DNA of 64,000 bases from an uncultured virus (IMG/VR IMGVR_UViG_2627853864_000004) (IMGVR_UViG_2627853864_000004), one strand, 5' to 3'. Counted from the stretch's first letter, positions 26,829 to 36,349 are shown. Numbers and translations: made by a program. Notes: generated from the letters alone by a model not told the origin.

Positions 26829-28901
26829 TCAGGCAGCGTTAGCGGAGGCGTTGTCGGCGGTGGGCAATCGCGGCGGGGTGTGCACGATGTAGTCCACAAA
26901 CTGCCGGCGGTCGAATTCAGAGACGTTGCTGCGCATGTGGTCCAGCAGCGGGTACGCCTTGTTCAGTGCTGTAGTCATCTGCCGCACCTCGGCCAGGGCG
27001 CCGCTGCCGACCCCCAGGACAGCCGCACGGGCCATTACCGTGGCATGTTCAGCGGACAGCGCCCGGCGTGCAGTCTCGATCTCGGCAAGGCGCACCACCA
27101 TCTCGCGCAGCGGGTGGCCCGGGGCGATCCGGGCCACCGCATCGGTGGCGAGCGCCAGGCGCATCTTGTCGCCGGTCCAGTAGGGCTGCGCATCCACCGC
27201 AGCAGCGATACGTTCGATGTCGGTCCAGCCGGCGGACTCGGTGTCGAACCGCGCCCGCGCCCACTGGTGATAGGGCTGCGCCTCGGGGACCGCAGCCAGC
27301 AGCGGACCCGGTTTGCGCCTTCCCAGGTAGACGGCCACTGCCACAATGGAATCCAGGCGTGAGTCGTGCCTGGGCAGGCAGTCGCCTTCGATGTACCAGA
27401 CCGGCAGGCCGAGCGCGGCGATCTCCGCTCCGGTGAGGGTCTGCCGGGTCTGCGGCCCGCCATCCGTGGCGACCATGCGGGTCTCGTATCCGGACAGCCC
27501 GCTGCGCGGTGCCCGCTTGGTCGTCGTGGCCGCCAGCCACTCGGTGAAGCTGTACACGGTGACACCGGGGGTGTCGGCACTGATCGGCCAGACCTGTCCG
27601 GTAGCGGTGTCGCCTTCTCCCAGGATCGGCAGATCGATGCGGTCGGAGCCTTCGACGATTGGGACCACCCACCGAGCCTCAGCGTGCGTTTCAGCCATCA
27701 GCGTGGCGAAGCTTCGAAGGCCGCGTCGCGCGGGAACATCGGTAACCACCACAACGTCTTTGAGGACTCGCTCGGCCCCCAACGCGGTGAACACCACCTC
27801 GCCGGCCTCGGCGATCTTCCAGCGACGCCGGTTGGTGCGCCGCCCCTTGTCCGACCCCTGCCGCACCCCAGAACCCGCCGGCACGACGGCGTGAAACGGG
27901 ACCGGCAGGAGATCGGCGCGGGCCACATCGCCCAGGATGCTGGCCCGCAGAGTCGCAGCGGCGTGCACGTCGGTCAGTGCCAGGGTCGCCACTTCTTGTT
28001 CAAGGTCTCCGTAGACCTGCGCGAACGTCTCGAGCGCGGCGTCCACGGCGCTCAGCGTGCGCTCGGTGGCGACCACTGATTCGCGACTGGGTGTGTGGTC
28101 GAACGAACCGATGGGCAGTTCGATCACAGCCGCCTGTAGCCGCGTGGCCCCAAGAACCTGGTCGACCACCTCTGGAACGGCGTCGAACAGTGTGCCGCCG
28201 GACAGCACCGCGACGGTGCGATCCCCCGCGCGCAGGCAGCCGACGGGTCCGATCCAGCGCAGCCCACCCGACAGGCTCGCCACCGGCTTACCGTCCACCA
28301 GGACGGTGCCTTCGGGGTGGGCCGAGGCGACCTCACGGATGACCGTGTTCCACTTGTCGATCTGGCCTGTGACTTCCACGGCGACGGTGATCGTGGTGCC
28401 GTTGGGCAGGTCACTGGGAGCATCAGCGAGTAGCACCTGATGGGTGAGATCACGAGCGGCGCGCACCAGTGTGCGGCGGCCGCCCTTGATGGTGTCCACC
28501 AGGAACGATTCGGCCACTGTGAGAGCCGATTTCGCGCCGACACCAAGACCGCCGATCTGGTCGTTGCTGTCGCGCTTGGTCGAAGCGGCGAACGCCAGGA
28601 ACGTGGCTTCAACCTCGGCTGCGGACATACCTATACCGGCGTCGGTGACAATGAGGTTGGGTTCCAGTTCGGTTGGGCTGGTCACCTGCACCGGGGCGGT
28701 ACTGCCCGCCACGCGAGTGGCGTCAACGGCGTTGGAGACGTACTCGCGCACCACCGCCAGGCGACGGTCGGCGTAGAGGTTGATGAGGATATCCATCATG
28801 CGTCGCGCCCCCTCGGGGTCCACGCGGCTGGCCATCGTCGGTGCCGAAGCGGTGACATCGCCAGTGGTGACCAGTGTCGAGGTGGGGGCGGGAAGACGCA
28901 T
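26829..28901 (-). CDS. T4 rIIA-like protein (GHKL/Hsp90-like ATPase N-terminus)
   Basis: 'LY...AVVREYVSNAVDA', 'DAGIGMS', 'STKRDSNDQIGGLGVGAKS', 'PSRE'; directly upstream of rIIB-like. Confidence 0.85.
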   Translation of the reverse strand: MRLPAPTSTLVTTGDVTASAPTMASRVDPEGARRMMDILINLYADRRLAVVREYVSNAVDATRVAGSTAPVQVTSPTELEPNLIVTDAGIGMSAAEVEATFLAFAASTKRDSNDQIGGLGVGAKSALTVAESFLVDTIKGGRRTLVRAARDLTHQVLLADAPSDLPNGTTITVAVEVTGQIDKWNTVIREVASAHPEGTVLVDGKPVASLSGGLRWIGPVGCLRAGDRTVAVLSGGTLFDAVPEVVDQVLGATRLQAAVIELPIGSFDHTPSRESVVATERTLSAVDAALETFAQVYGDLEQEVATLALTDVHAAATLRASILGDVARADLLPVPFHAVVPAGSGVRQGSDKGRRTNRRRWKIAEAGEVVFTALGAERVLKDVVVVTDVPARRGLRSFATLMAETHAEARWVVPIVEGSDRIDLPILGEGDTATGQVWPISADTPGVTVYSFTEWLAATTTKRAPRSGLSGYETRMVATDGGPQTRQTLTGAEIAALGLPVWYIEGDCLPRHDSRLDSIVAVAVYLGRRKPGPLLAAVPEAQPYHQWARARFDTESAGWTDIERIAAAVDAQPYWTGDKMRLALATDAVARIAPGHPLREMVVRLAEIETARRALSAEHATVMARAAVLGVGSGALAEVRQMTTALNKAYPLLDHMRSNVSEFDRRQFVDYIVHTPPRLPTADNASANAA

Positions 28902-28928
28902 TTCAAGCTCCTGAAGGGGTGTCGGCTG

Positions 28929-28945
28929 ATCTCTATTTTAGAGAT
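28929..28945 (-). promoter_or_regulatory. Palindrome copy 4 over predicted -10 of rIIA operon
   Basis: ATCTCTATTTTAGAGAT; - strand TTGTCG-18 bp-TAAAAT. Confidence 0.8.
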
Positions 28946-29001
28946 TACACACAGCCGCCGACAAGTTCGCGTTGTGCAATAAATGCGGTGTTAGTCAGCC
29001 A

Positions 29002-29313
29002 CTAGTCAGTCAAGATTCCGTCCTCGACGAGCCACTGAACCAGGCGCGCTGCAACTGTGGGCGCGTGCGGCCACCCCAATGCGCGCAGATCGTCACTGGG
29101 ACCGGGAATGCGACGTTCGATGGCCGGCTCCAGCACCTCGATGCACCACATGGCCGGATCGGCTCCCCACTGCGCGGGACCGAGACCACCCATGAGCGCG
29201 GCGGCGAACTGCCGTGCCACGCAGGCGCGGTCGGGCCAGCCGAGATCATCGGCGCTGCGGCCGGCCAGAAACAGCGCCGCTTCGGCTGCGACTCGCGATG
29301 CGCTCTCAGACAT
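29002..29313 (-). CDS. Hypothetical protein
   Basis: RBS AAGGAG. Confidence 0.55.
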   Translation of the reverse strand: MSESASRVAAEAALFLAGRSADDLGWPDRACVARQFAAALMGGLGPAQWGADPAMWCIEVLEPAIERRIPGPSDDLRALGWPHAPTVAARLVQWLVEDGILTD

Positions 29314-29550
29314 GGGTTCTCCTTGCGTTCCAGGCGGGACATCGTTGGCAGGAAACCATTTCCCGGCCGCTCGACCTAGCCACATGCACCGACACACCGG
29401 GGCGCAGCCTGCCGCCGGTCACGGGCTACGGCTCGGTCGCAGGAAGGACGTGACAGCTACCAGCCTGGGCTCGTCGCGCCGCGTGCCCCCGCCGATGGGG
29501 TCGCCTGACACTGTGGCGACGCACCTGGCCCCCACGAAAGGAACCGCCCA

Positions 29551-29781
29551 GTGCAGATCACCGTGAAATTCACCGACGTCTATGACGGCCAGGAGTATCC
29601 GCGCACAGAGACCTTCGACGTGCCAGCTCCGACTGGCGGCCTCGACGAGTGGGCCGATGAACATCTGCGCCCACGCACTGGCAGCGATGCCGGTGCCGAC
29701 GAGTCCGGTTACTTCGCCGAGATCGCCACCTGTTCCGACGATCCGGGACTGGTCGGCCGCGAATTTAGCTGGGACGTCTGA
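29551..29781 (+). CDS. Small acidic hypothetical protein
   Basis: RBS AAAGGA + GTG. Confidence 0.6.
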   Translation: MQITVKFTDVYDGQEYPRTETFDVPAPTGGLDEWADEHLRPRTGSDAGADESGYFAEIATCSDDPGLVGREFSWDV

Positions 29782-29981
29782 TGGCCTGGGAGCTGACCAC
29801 CGCCGACCCAAGTGCGGGCGAGCCTGCAGTCACGCGTCACGCCACCTACGACGAGGTGCTCGACCACATTCGCGCCACCTACGATCCCGGCGGCTATTAC
29901 GCCGACGAGGGCAGCGGGAGTCTGCAGAACTACCTCCACGGCGAGGGATACGAGTTCGACTACCGCGAACTCCCCAACTGA
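29781..29981 (+). CDS. Small acidic hypothetical protein
   Basis: TGATG coupling. Confidence 0.6.
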   Translation: MAWELTTADPSAGEPAVTRHATYDEVLDHIRATYDPGGYYADEGSGSLQNYLHGEGYEFDYRELPN

Positions 29982-30191
29982 ACGGACCGCAGGATGCAGT
30001 GGATGTTCAGGACGCACCTGCCGTCAGTTCAGGTGTGCCCGTGAGGCTTTGGAGCGGCGACTTTCGCGTTGACCAGAGCACACGCCGTGCGTGTGGGCGC
30101 GTAACGACGCCTGAACGCCGCTCTGAATAGGACCCCGGTGGCGGCCAGCGCGGCGGGAACGACGGGATGCAGAGAAGCCCCTTCGGTGATA

Positions 30192-30208
30192 TTCTCTATT
30201 TTAGAGAT
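30192..30208. promoter_or_regulatory. Palindrome copy 5
   Basis: TTCTCTATTTTAGAGAT, ~120 bp upstream of the 30328 operon. Confidence 0.7.
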
Positions 30209-30327
30209 TTACGAAGAGCAATCACCGACCCTGTCGCGAGACCCGCAGAACCCGAACCGCCTCCACAGTTGCCGCGGTCGATCACCGCTCCAACGCCGTC
30301 AACCAGAACAGACAAGGAATGCCATCT

Positions 30328-30576
30328 ATGTCCGCACCCGCGCTAACGGCCACACTCCCCGACTGGGCACAAGTTCTCCCACAGCATCTGGCCTCCGGGA
30401 CTCTGGAGGGCCGAAGTGTGATCTTCTACCGCCACATCGACGGGGTGTTCTGGGACTCCGCGTGCCGGATGTGCCAGGGGCGCACCGCTGTCAACGAGCT
30501 CATGCCCAATCACCGCACCTCTCCAGCATGCCGCTCCGGCGGCCACCACCACTGCACCTGCGACGCCTGCTTCTGA
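30328..30576 (+). CDS. Small Cys/His-rich protein
   Basis: 'CRMC...PNH..SPACRSG...HCTCDACF'. Confidence 0.6.
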   Translation: MSAPALTATLPDWAQVLPQHLASGTLEGRSVIFYRHIDGVFWDSACRMCQGRTAVNELMPNHRTSPACRSGGHHHCTCDACF

Positions 30577-30592
30577 ACGGAAAGGACGAACG

Positions 30593-30796
30593 ATGCGCGT
30601 ATTCGGACGGGATCTGACAGAGGGTGACGTGGTTGTTCTCAGCGGCGTGAACTGCCACATCCGGTCCATCCTCGGCGGTGATTCGTACCGGGATCTGTTC
30701 ACTGACAAGGGCTACCACCTCGTCAAACCCGGTTTCACCTATACGGTGTTGGAGCGCGGCGGCGTCGCCGCGACGGACGCCGAATCCAAGATCTGA
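30593..30796 (+). CDS. Small hypothetical protein
   Basis: RBS GAAAGGA. Confidence 0.55.
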   Translation: MRVFGRDLTEGDVVVLSGVNCHIRSILGGDSYRDLFTDKGYHLVKPGFTYTVLERGGVAATDAESKI

Positions 30797-30894
30797 GACT
30801 TCCGCGCCCAGCTTTCCCGGGGCCGGGCCCACGGCACTGTCGTCCTGCGCCGTTATATTGCGACTCACACGCTGCATGCAGGTCGGAGGGGAAG

Positions 30895-31884
30895 ATGGCT
30901 GGACGTTCGCACCGGTGGGATGCATTCAGCATGCCGTGGATCGCCGAGGCACTCGCAGATTCCGAACGCTGCTACCAGGCCTCGATCGACGAGATCGACA
31001 CCGTCCCAGACGAGATGAAGAACCACCCCACCAGGCCGTACATGAAAATGTTCGCCGACAACATCGCTGACGCCGAGCTGTACTGGATGAGCCGCACAGC
31101 GGCATCCGTTGCAGCAGACCTCGCCAGCCGCGATATGCCGGAGACCACTTTCCAAGAGCTGATCACCACGTCAGATCTGGCACCAGTCGGGCTGATGCTG
31201 TGGCCGAAACCGCTGGCCACATTCAGTTGGCGAAGCATTGACATGAAAGACGCGGGCCAATCAACGGTTCCGGTCACCTGGGACGGTATCGCTTGGATCT
31301 ATGACCAGACCCACATCACCAGCTACCTGCTCTCCCAGATGCGCGATCCACGCAAGCACGGACAGCTCAGCGACATGCGCCCCAAAACATCACCAGGAAA
31401 AGTACTCCGCTTCGACCAGCACGAGCTAGCCACAGTGGTCGACCGCGGTTCCGGCGTCCTCGACCTGGTAAGCCCGCTCGACGACCCCGAACTGAATCAA
31501 TCCGGACCACCCACACTGACGGCCACAGTGCTCTCGCTGCTCGCACTGATCGGCCAGCAGCGCGTTGTCACCCAGAAACGGGTCAACACTGGCCCGGCCA
31601 AGAAATCAACCCGCACCACACGCAACGACGTCACGATGCTCGACATTCTGCGCCCACCTGGAGTCAGCGGCGTCAACGGCAACCCAGACAACGACGATCG
31701 CGCCTACCGTCGATGGTTCGTACGTGGCCACTACAAGCACCAACCACACGGCCCACAAAACAGCCTGCGCAAACTGATCTACGTCTCCCTGCACACCGCC
31801 GGCCATCCCGACGCACCCGACCCGACCGGCCCACCGCCGCCACGTGTCTCAGGCATCTACGGCAAGAAGTTCAAGCGTCGGTAG
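30895..31884 (+). CDS. Hypothetical protein with basic C-terminal 'VRGH' motif
   Basis: RBS GGAGGG; 'RWFVRGHYKHQPHGP...RKLIYV'. Confidence 0.7.
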   Translation: MAGRSHRWDAFSMPWIAEALADSERCYQASIDEIDTVPDEMKNHPTRPYMKMFADNIADAELYWMSRTAASVAADLASRDMPETTFQELITTSDLAPVGLMLWPKPLATFSWRSIDMKDAGQSTVPVTWDGIAWIYDQTHITSYLLSQMRDPRKHGQLSDMRPKTSPGKVLRFDQHELATVVDRGSGVLDLVSPLDDPELNQSGPPTLTATVLSLLALIGQQRVVTQKRVNTGPAKKSTRTTRNDVTMLDILRPPGVSGVNGNPDNDDRAYRRWFVRGHYKHQPHGPQNSLRKLIYVSLHTAGHPDAPDPTGPPPPRVSGIYGKKFKRR

Positions 31885-31909
31885 CACTCCGGCTACAGTT
31901 TCACCCCGA

Positions 31910-34111
31910 TCAACTCGCGCGGCCGTACTCGTCGACACGGTTCCCCTGCCGGTCGACAAGCTGATACTCCTGCCACGGTTCCAGCTCTGGGGCGCGTCCG
32001 TCACGCAGATGCTCGACAGTGACCGGGATCGGTGTCCGAGGCAGGTCACCGCGGCACTGTCGCAGCCTGATCGCGGTACGAACGCTCTTGTCCGACACCA
32101 GGAACCCGCCATGGTTGACGGGGAAGTCGCGCTGTACCCATGCCCCGCCCTCGATGCGGCACCAACGCTGCTTGGCCGCCTCGATCGCCAGCAGCGCTCC
32201 GCGTTCGATCATGCGCAGCACGGTTCGTTCACTGACACCGAGGTGGTTGGCCGTGTCATTGACAGTCTGGTTGTAGCCACCGAACCGCCTGTGCTTGATC
32301 GTTCGATACGGCCGGACCGTCTGCCGGTAGCGCACCAAACCGGGGCCGTAAACCTCGCTTTCATGCAATCGATGGTTCCCCGACCCGAAGCGCACCGCGT
32401 GCAAGGTTCCGATCCTGGCCAGATAGCGAACCTCAGATGCGGGTCGCTCGACAATCTGGGCGGCCTGGTCAAAAGTGAGGTATTCCGCGGTGACGCTGCG
32501 CCGTTGACGCGGATCACCGATCCTCAGCTTCGGGCACATCCGCGCCACCTTGGCACTGAACACCCCTGCCGCAACCAGATCGACGGTGCGGATCCGAAGA
32601 TCGCGGCCGCGGCGCTGGGCCGGCAGCAGCCCTTCGGCGACAAGCGCCTCGATGACATTCGGTCGGGTGCCGGCGAACGTAGCCGCGCTGGAACGCGTGT
32701 GCAGTGCCAATGCGGGGTCGATGTCGGGTTGGCTCCACTTCAGCCACGCCAGGAAGTTCTCCACGTGCGCATCGGTCAGATTCGCACCCCGTTCAGCAGC
32801 GGCGCGACGGCGGTCGCAAGCCTCGGCGGCGCGTGCTGGTTTGGCGGCCTGGGCGGCAACGAGCGCATCCACCTCGTGGCGCCGTAACCACAGCTTGGAT
32901 CCGGAGGTGACTATTTCGAGCTTGCCAGCAGCGGCACGGCGGCGCAGGGTGCGTACGGTTACACCGATCTTGTCGGCAGCCATCGCGATCGGCACCAGCA
33001 GTGGGTCCTTCATCAAGCCACCGGGCGGAAGGCCCCGAGACTTGCGGATCTTGTCGCTGCGCAGCTGGAGCACAGCGAACAAGTCGTCTTGACAGACCCG
33101 CGTCGTCCCAGCAATGGTCCAGGTGATGGCCCCTCCGCGCTGCAGCGCCTTGCGGGTCCCTGAGGTACTGATCCCCATCATCGAGGCAGCATCCGCCATA
33201 GTGAAGCACTGCAGGCCCGATACCTGGTCGCGGATCATCCTGTTTTTGCGCCGAAGCAGGCCGGGAGCGACACCATCGGTTCGGCGGCGGTTCTCGGCGA
33301 TCGCCGCGCGGACTTCGGCGTCGATGCGATACGCCTCCTCGAAATAGATGCGGCGCAGCGAGGATTTCTTGTAAGGAATCCCCCACACCATCAGGATGTC
33401 TTCCGGGACCATTGCCCGTTCACGCCGACCCACACAGCGCCACATCAAATTGCGCGGCTTCATATCCGGGTTGGCCTTGGCAAACCTGCGCCACCACCGC
33501 CACATCGTTTGCGGATGCAACCGCAAGATGCGGGCCACCTCCTCGGCAGGCACACCGCGGTCGAGTGCTCCGCGAGGGCGGTTGGTGGCCCAGCCGCAGC
33601 CCATCTCTGGAGGCAGACCTGCCGCCAAGATGTTGCCCATCGCCCACACGTAGTCCGATCGGATACGGATCGTTCCGAACATCCGCAACGCGGGCAGTCC
33701 CCCTCCCAGGGTCATGCGGCGCACCCGCTCCCTCCCCAATCCCAGCTGAGCGGCTGTCTCAGCGAGGGTGAGCATGCGGACCGGCTGGTTGTGGCACGCG
33801 GGATAGAAACCGCGGTCCGGGTTCGGAGTGCCCAGCAAGGCGTCGATCTCGCGGACCCGATCGTCTGGCAGCGGTTCGGCTTCCAGATCCCGGCCCGGGT
33901 AGAGCAGCTCAGTGACCAGTGTCCGGTCGTCGACTGACGGCGGGGCGGGCACCTCGAGCCGCGTCTGCTGCTCTTGCTGCTCGTCGTAGGCCGCCATCGC
34001 TGTCATGGACTGCAGCATCATCTGGCGTTCTTCGGGGGTCAGGCCTTCGCACGCGGAACGTAGCCACTCGGGCAGCTCGTCGAAGTCGCACTGGGTGTAG
34101 TCCGCGGCCAT
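31910..34111 (-). CDS. Multi-HTH (about seven MerR/excisionase-type wHTH repeats) DNA-binding protein
   Basis: Repeats such as 'LTLAETAAQLGLGRERVRR', 'FTMADAASMMGIS', 'IAMAADKIGVTVRTLRR', 'LTFDQAAQIV', 'QTVNDTANHLGVSERTVLR'; start uncertain. Confidence 0.8.
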   Translation of the reverse strand: MAADYTQCDFDELPEWLRSACEGLTPEERQMMLQSMTAMAAYDEQQEQQTRLEVPAPPSVDDRTLVTELLYPGRDLEAEPLPDDRVREIDALLGTPNPDRGFYPACHNQPVRMLTLAETAAQLGLGRERVRRMTLGGGLPALRMFGTIRIRSDYVWAMGNILAAGLPPEMGCGWATNRPRGALDRGVPAEEVARILRLHPQTMWRWWRRFAKANPDMKPRNLMWRCVGRRERAMVPEDILMVWGIPYKKSSLRRIYFEEAYRIDAEVRAAIAENRRRTDGVAPGLLRRKNRMIRDQVSGLQCFTMADAASMMGISTSGTRKALQRGGAITWTIAGTTRVCQDDLFAVLQLRSDKIRKSRGLPPGGLMKDPLLVPIAMAADKIGVTVRTLRRRAAAGKLEIVTSGSKLWLRRHEVDALVAAQAAKPARAAEACDRRRAAAERGANLTDAHVENFLAWLKWSQPDIDPALALHTRSSAATFAGTRPNVIEALVAEGLLPAQRRGRDLRIRTVDLVAAGVFSAKVARMCPKLRIGDPRQRRSVTAEYLTFDQAAQIVERPASEVRYLARIGTLHAVRFGSGNHRLHESEVYGPGLVRYRQTVRPYRTIKHRRFGGYNQTVNDTANHLGVSERTVLRMIERGALLAIEAAKQRWCRIEGGAWVQRDFPVNHGGFLVSDKSVRTAIRLRQCRGDLPRTPIPVTVEHLRDGRAPELEPWQEYQLVDRQGNRVDEYGRAS

Positions 34112-34276
34112 GGGCGTCAACGTAATGGCCACACGCGGAGGCGCTTTCCTGCGACGCGGGGCACGCCGAGCAGCCGACAAAATCACAACACGCTCGAACA
34201 GGTTTTCGACAGGCCGGTTCTCGTGTCCGGTTCCTGTTTCCGTCTGGATTTGTCGGATGTAAATTGTCCCGGCCGC

Positions 34277-34635
34277 GCTGAACCTCCCCGTACTTCGATG
34301 TAAATTACCCGTTTGACCTGTGGTAACTGTCAAGGTTCTGGTTAATTCACTGCTCAGCTGGGCAAACACGCAACTGTCGTGGGAATGGGGGGTGCCTCCG
34401 GCAGCGGATATTCTCTGTTTCAGAGAGAGTGCAGGTAAAGATATGTATCTAGAACAACTAACTAATGAGCTTTCACCTATAGACCCTGTTGCCCCTGTCA
34501 CGCCGGGTTGTCCGAGGCACCCCCCATTCCCACGACAGCTACGCATTGCTGCAGGTGAACCGAAAAGTCACCGATTTACTGACAGTTACCGCAGGTCAAA
34601 TGGGTAATTTACCGCGAAACTCGGGGAGGTCCAGC
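34277..34635. repeat. Large non-coding dyad: nested inverted repeats with a common axis; candidate origin
   Basis: Imperfect 56-bp arms 34277-34332/34580-34635; perfect 25-bp arms 34374-34398/34514-34538; both centred at 34456; AT-rich core. Confidence 0.85.
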
Positions 34636-34869
34636 TAGCAGCGAACCGCAGCGAAGACGAACACCCGAGTAGGCGTTCGAGCATTTGGAACTGGTCGTGC
34701 TGGCATGCACTTGCGCCTCATGAACGAGCACTAGCGGAACCTTGGTGCAGTGGCGGTCCAGAGCCCGGTCTGCGCATCCTGGATGGTGGATGGATCAGTA
34801 ATCGCACCGGCCCGGAGGGTGGCGAAACCGCCCAGTCCGGTGGCGTGGCCCGCCGGCGCCCGGATCAGG

Positions 34870-35277
34870 TCAGTTCACGAGCAGCTGCGCTGAGTCCCAT
34901 GGTGTGGCTTCGGTGGCCGCCTCGACCAGATTGCCGTCGGCGTCGAAGCCTACGAACAGGGTTCCGATCTTGCCGCTGGAGCTGGCGGTCACCGTCGCCC
35001 GCCCGCCCGTGCGAGCGCTGACCAGCGACGGGGAGCTGTCGTCGAGGATCATGAAATCTGTCCCGGCGAACCGGACCCGCTTGGCCACCAGCGACGCTGG
35101 CGCCACGCCTTCACGCTCTTCGCGCTGCACGTCCGACCAGATCTTTCGGAGACCGACGACGATTGCGGCCGCTCCCCCAAACACGAGCCAGGTCGGGCCG
35201 CCTTCAGAAAAGTAGAAGGCCACCGCGAGCAGACCAACGCTTGTGAAGAGTGCACCGCCGGGGTCGTGCTGTTTCAT
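34870..35277 (-). CDS. Hypothetical membrane protein
   Basis: RBS AAAGGAG; two N-terminal hydrophobic helices. Confidence 0.65.
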   Translation of the reverse strand: MKQHDPGGALFTSVGLLAVAFYFSEGGPTWLVFGGAAAIVVGLRKIWSDVQREEREGVAPASLVAKRVRFAGTDFMILDDSSPSLVSARTGGRATVTASSSGKIGTLFVGFDADGNLVEAATEATPWDSAQLLVN

Positions 35278-35500
35278 GGTCCGCTCCTTTCGTCAGATCC
35301 GTTCGGATGTGCAAGTGTTGCCTGCTGCGAGCAAATCTAACGCGGCAAGCGCCAATCATTCTCGCGTTGGCTGTCACGTCCTTCTTCCTGCTGGAGATCT
35401 TGATCGCCTCGGCCATTTTGGAAGACGGCTGACGCGCGACTAAAGAGTGTCGAGCAACGCCACGGAAGACCGGGCCCGGCCGGCCGATTAGGATGCGGTC

Positions 35501-35959
35501 ATGATCTGGACGCTTCACGCCAGCACCAACAAATGCCTGTACAAGGCCAGGATTCATGGCGTCGCAGATATTGAAGACACCATCCGCGCGCAACGACTCG
35601 AGACCATTACAAGTCCCGGCGGGAGCCTAGTTTTCTGGTTCTCGCCGTATAGGACCATCCAGGTGCTGAATCATGTTGGCGTCGAGATGCTGCTCGCGGC
35701 GTCGGATTTCACAGCTCGCGATGTTCCGTTGCTGTATGGCGGCGTTGTTGTTTCCGGTCGCGACGCGGCTGGCAGACTGGCAAGTCTGACTGATGAGCAG
35801 ATGCGCTGGTTAATAAACGTGGAGCCCGGACGTCGCGAGGATTGGGTTTTGTCCCGGCGTTTCGCCCGGGCGGAGAAGGAGCTGCGCCGCCGGTCCCGCT
35901 CTGAGCATGCGGCATTGGAGGCTTCGCTGTGGGAGAAGTTCTTGCCGCCATCCGACTGA
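35501..35959 (+). CDS. Hypothetical protein (DUF3846-like motif)
   Basis: 'LN..G...LYGGVVVSG.D..G.LASLT'. Confidence 0.55.
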   Translation: MIWTLHASTNKCLYKARIHGVADIEDTIRAQRLETITSPGGSLVFWFSPYRTIQVLNHVGVEMLLAASDFTARDVPLLYGGVVVSGRDAAGRLASLTDEQMRWLINVEPGRREDWVLSRRFARAEKELRRRSRSEHAALEASLWEKFLPPSD

Positions 35960-36210
35960 ATCCGGCCGACGTAGCTATCACTTAGGACGCACCACTAATC
36001 ACGGCTTCAGCAATATCTTCACGATACCGACACCGGTCGCTAAGAGAGGCACCCCTCGGGTGATCGCCGTTCACTCTGTTCATCGATCGCTGGAATGCGG
36101 TTGCCGACAGGAGAACCAGGCGTCCCGCACGTTCGAACTGCCCCATCTGCCGACCGGGGCTGCACTTGGCCGGCTGAGTGATCGGTGTCGCGGTTGCGGA
36201 TCGGCAATCC

Positions 36211-36325
36211 GGAACATAACGTATACAGATAGTTTCATCTGCATACGTTATGTTCCAATGACAGTGCGAATCACCTTTCGAAGCGAAACGTACACAGGTA
36301 TGATCATCTGTACACGTTTCGTTTC
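36211..36325. promoter_or_regulatory. Two related inverted repeats: putative AbiEi autoregulatory operators
   Basis: IR1 GGAACATAACGTATACAGAT/ATCTGCATACGTTATGTTCC (36211-36256); IR2 36280-36325 with the same AACGT..ACAG.T core. Confidence 0.75.
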
Positions 36326-36349
36326 ACTGTGCGATTGAGGAGGTGACCT

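Noticed and set aside
34112..34546. N-terminal extension of the 878-aa ORF
   Set aside because: Crosses the AT-rich dyad with non-coding-like composition; a later start is more plausible
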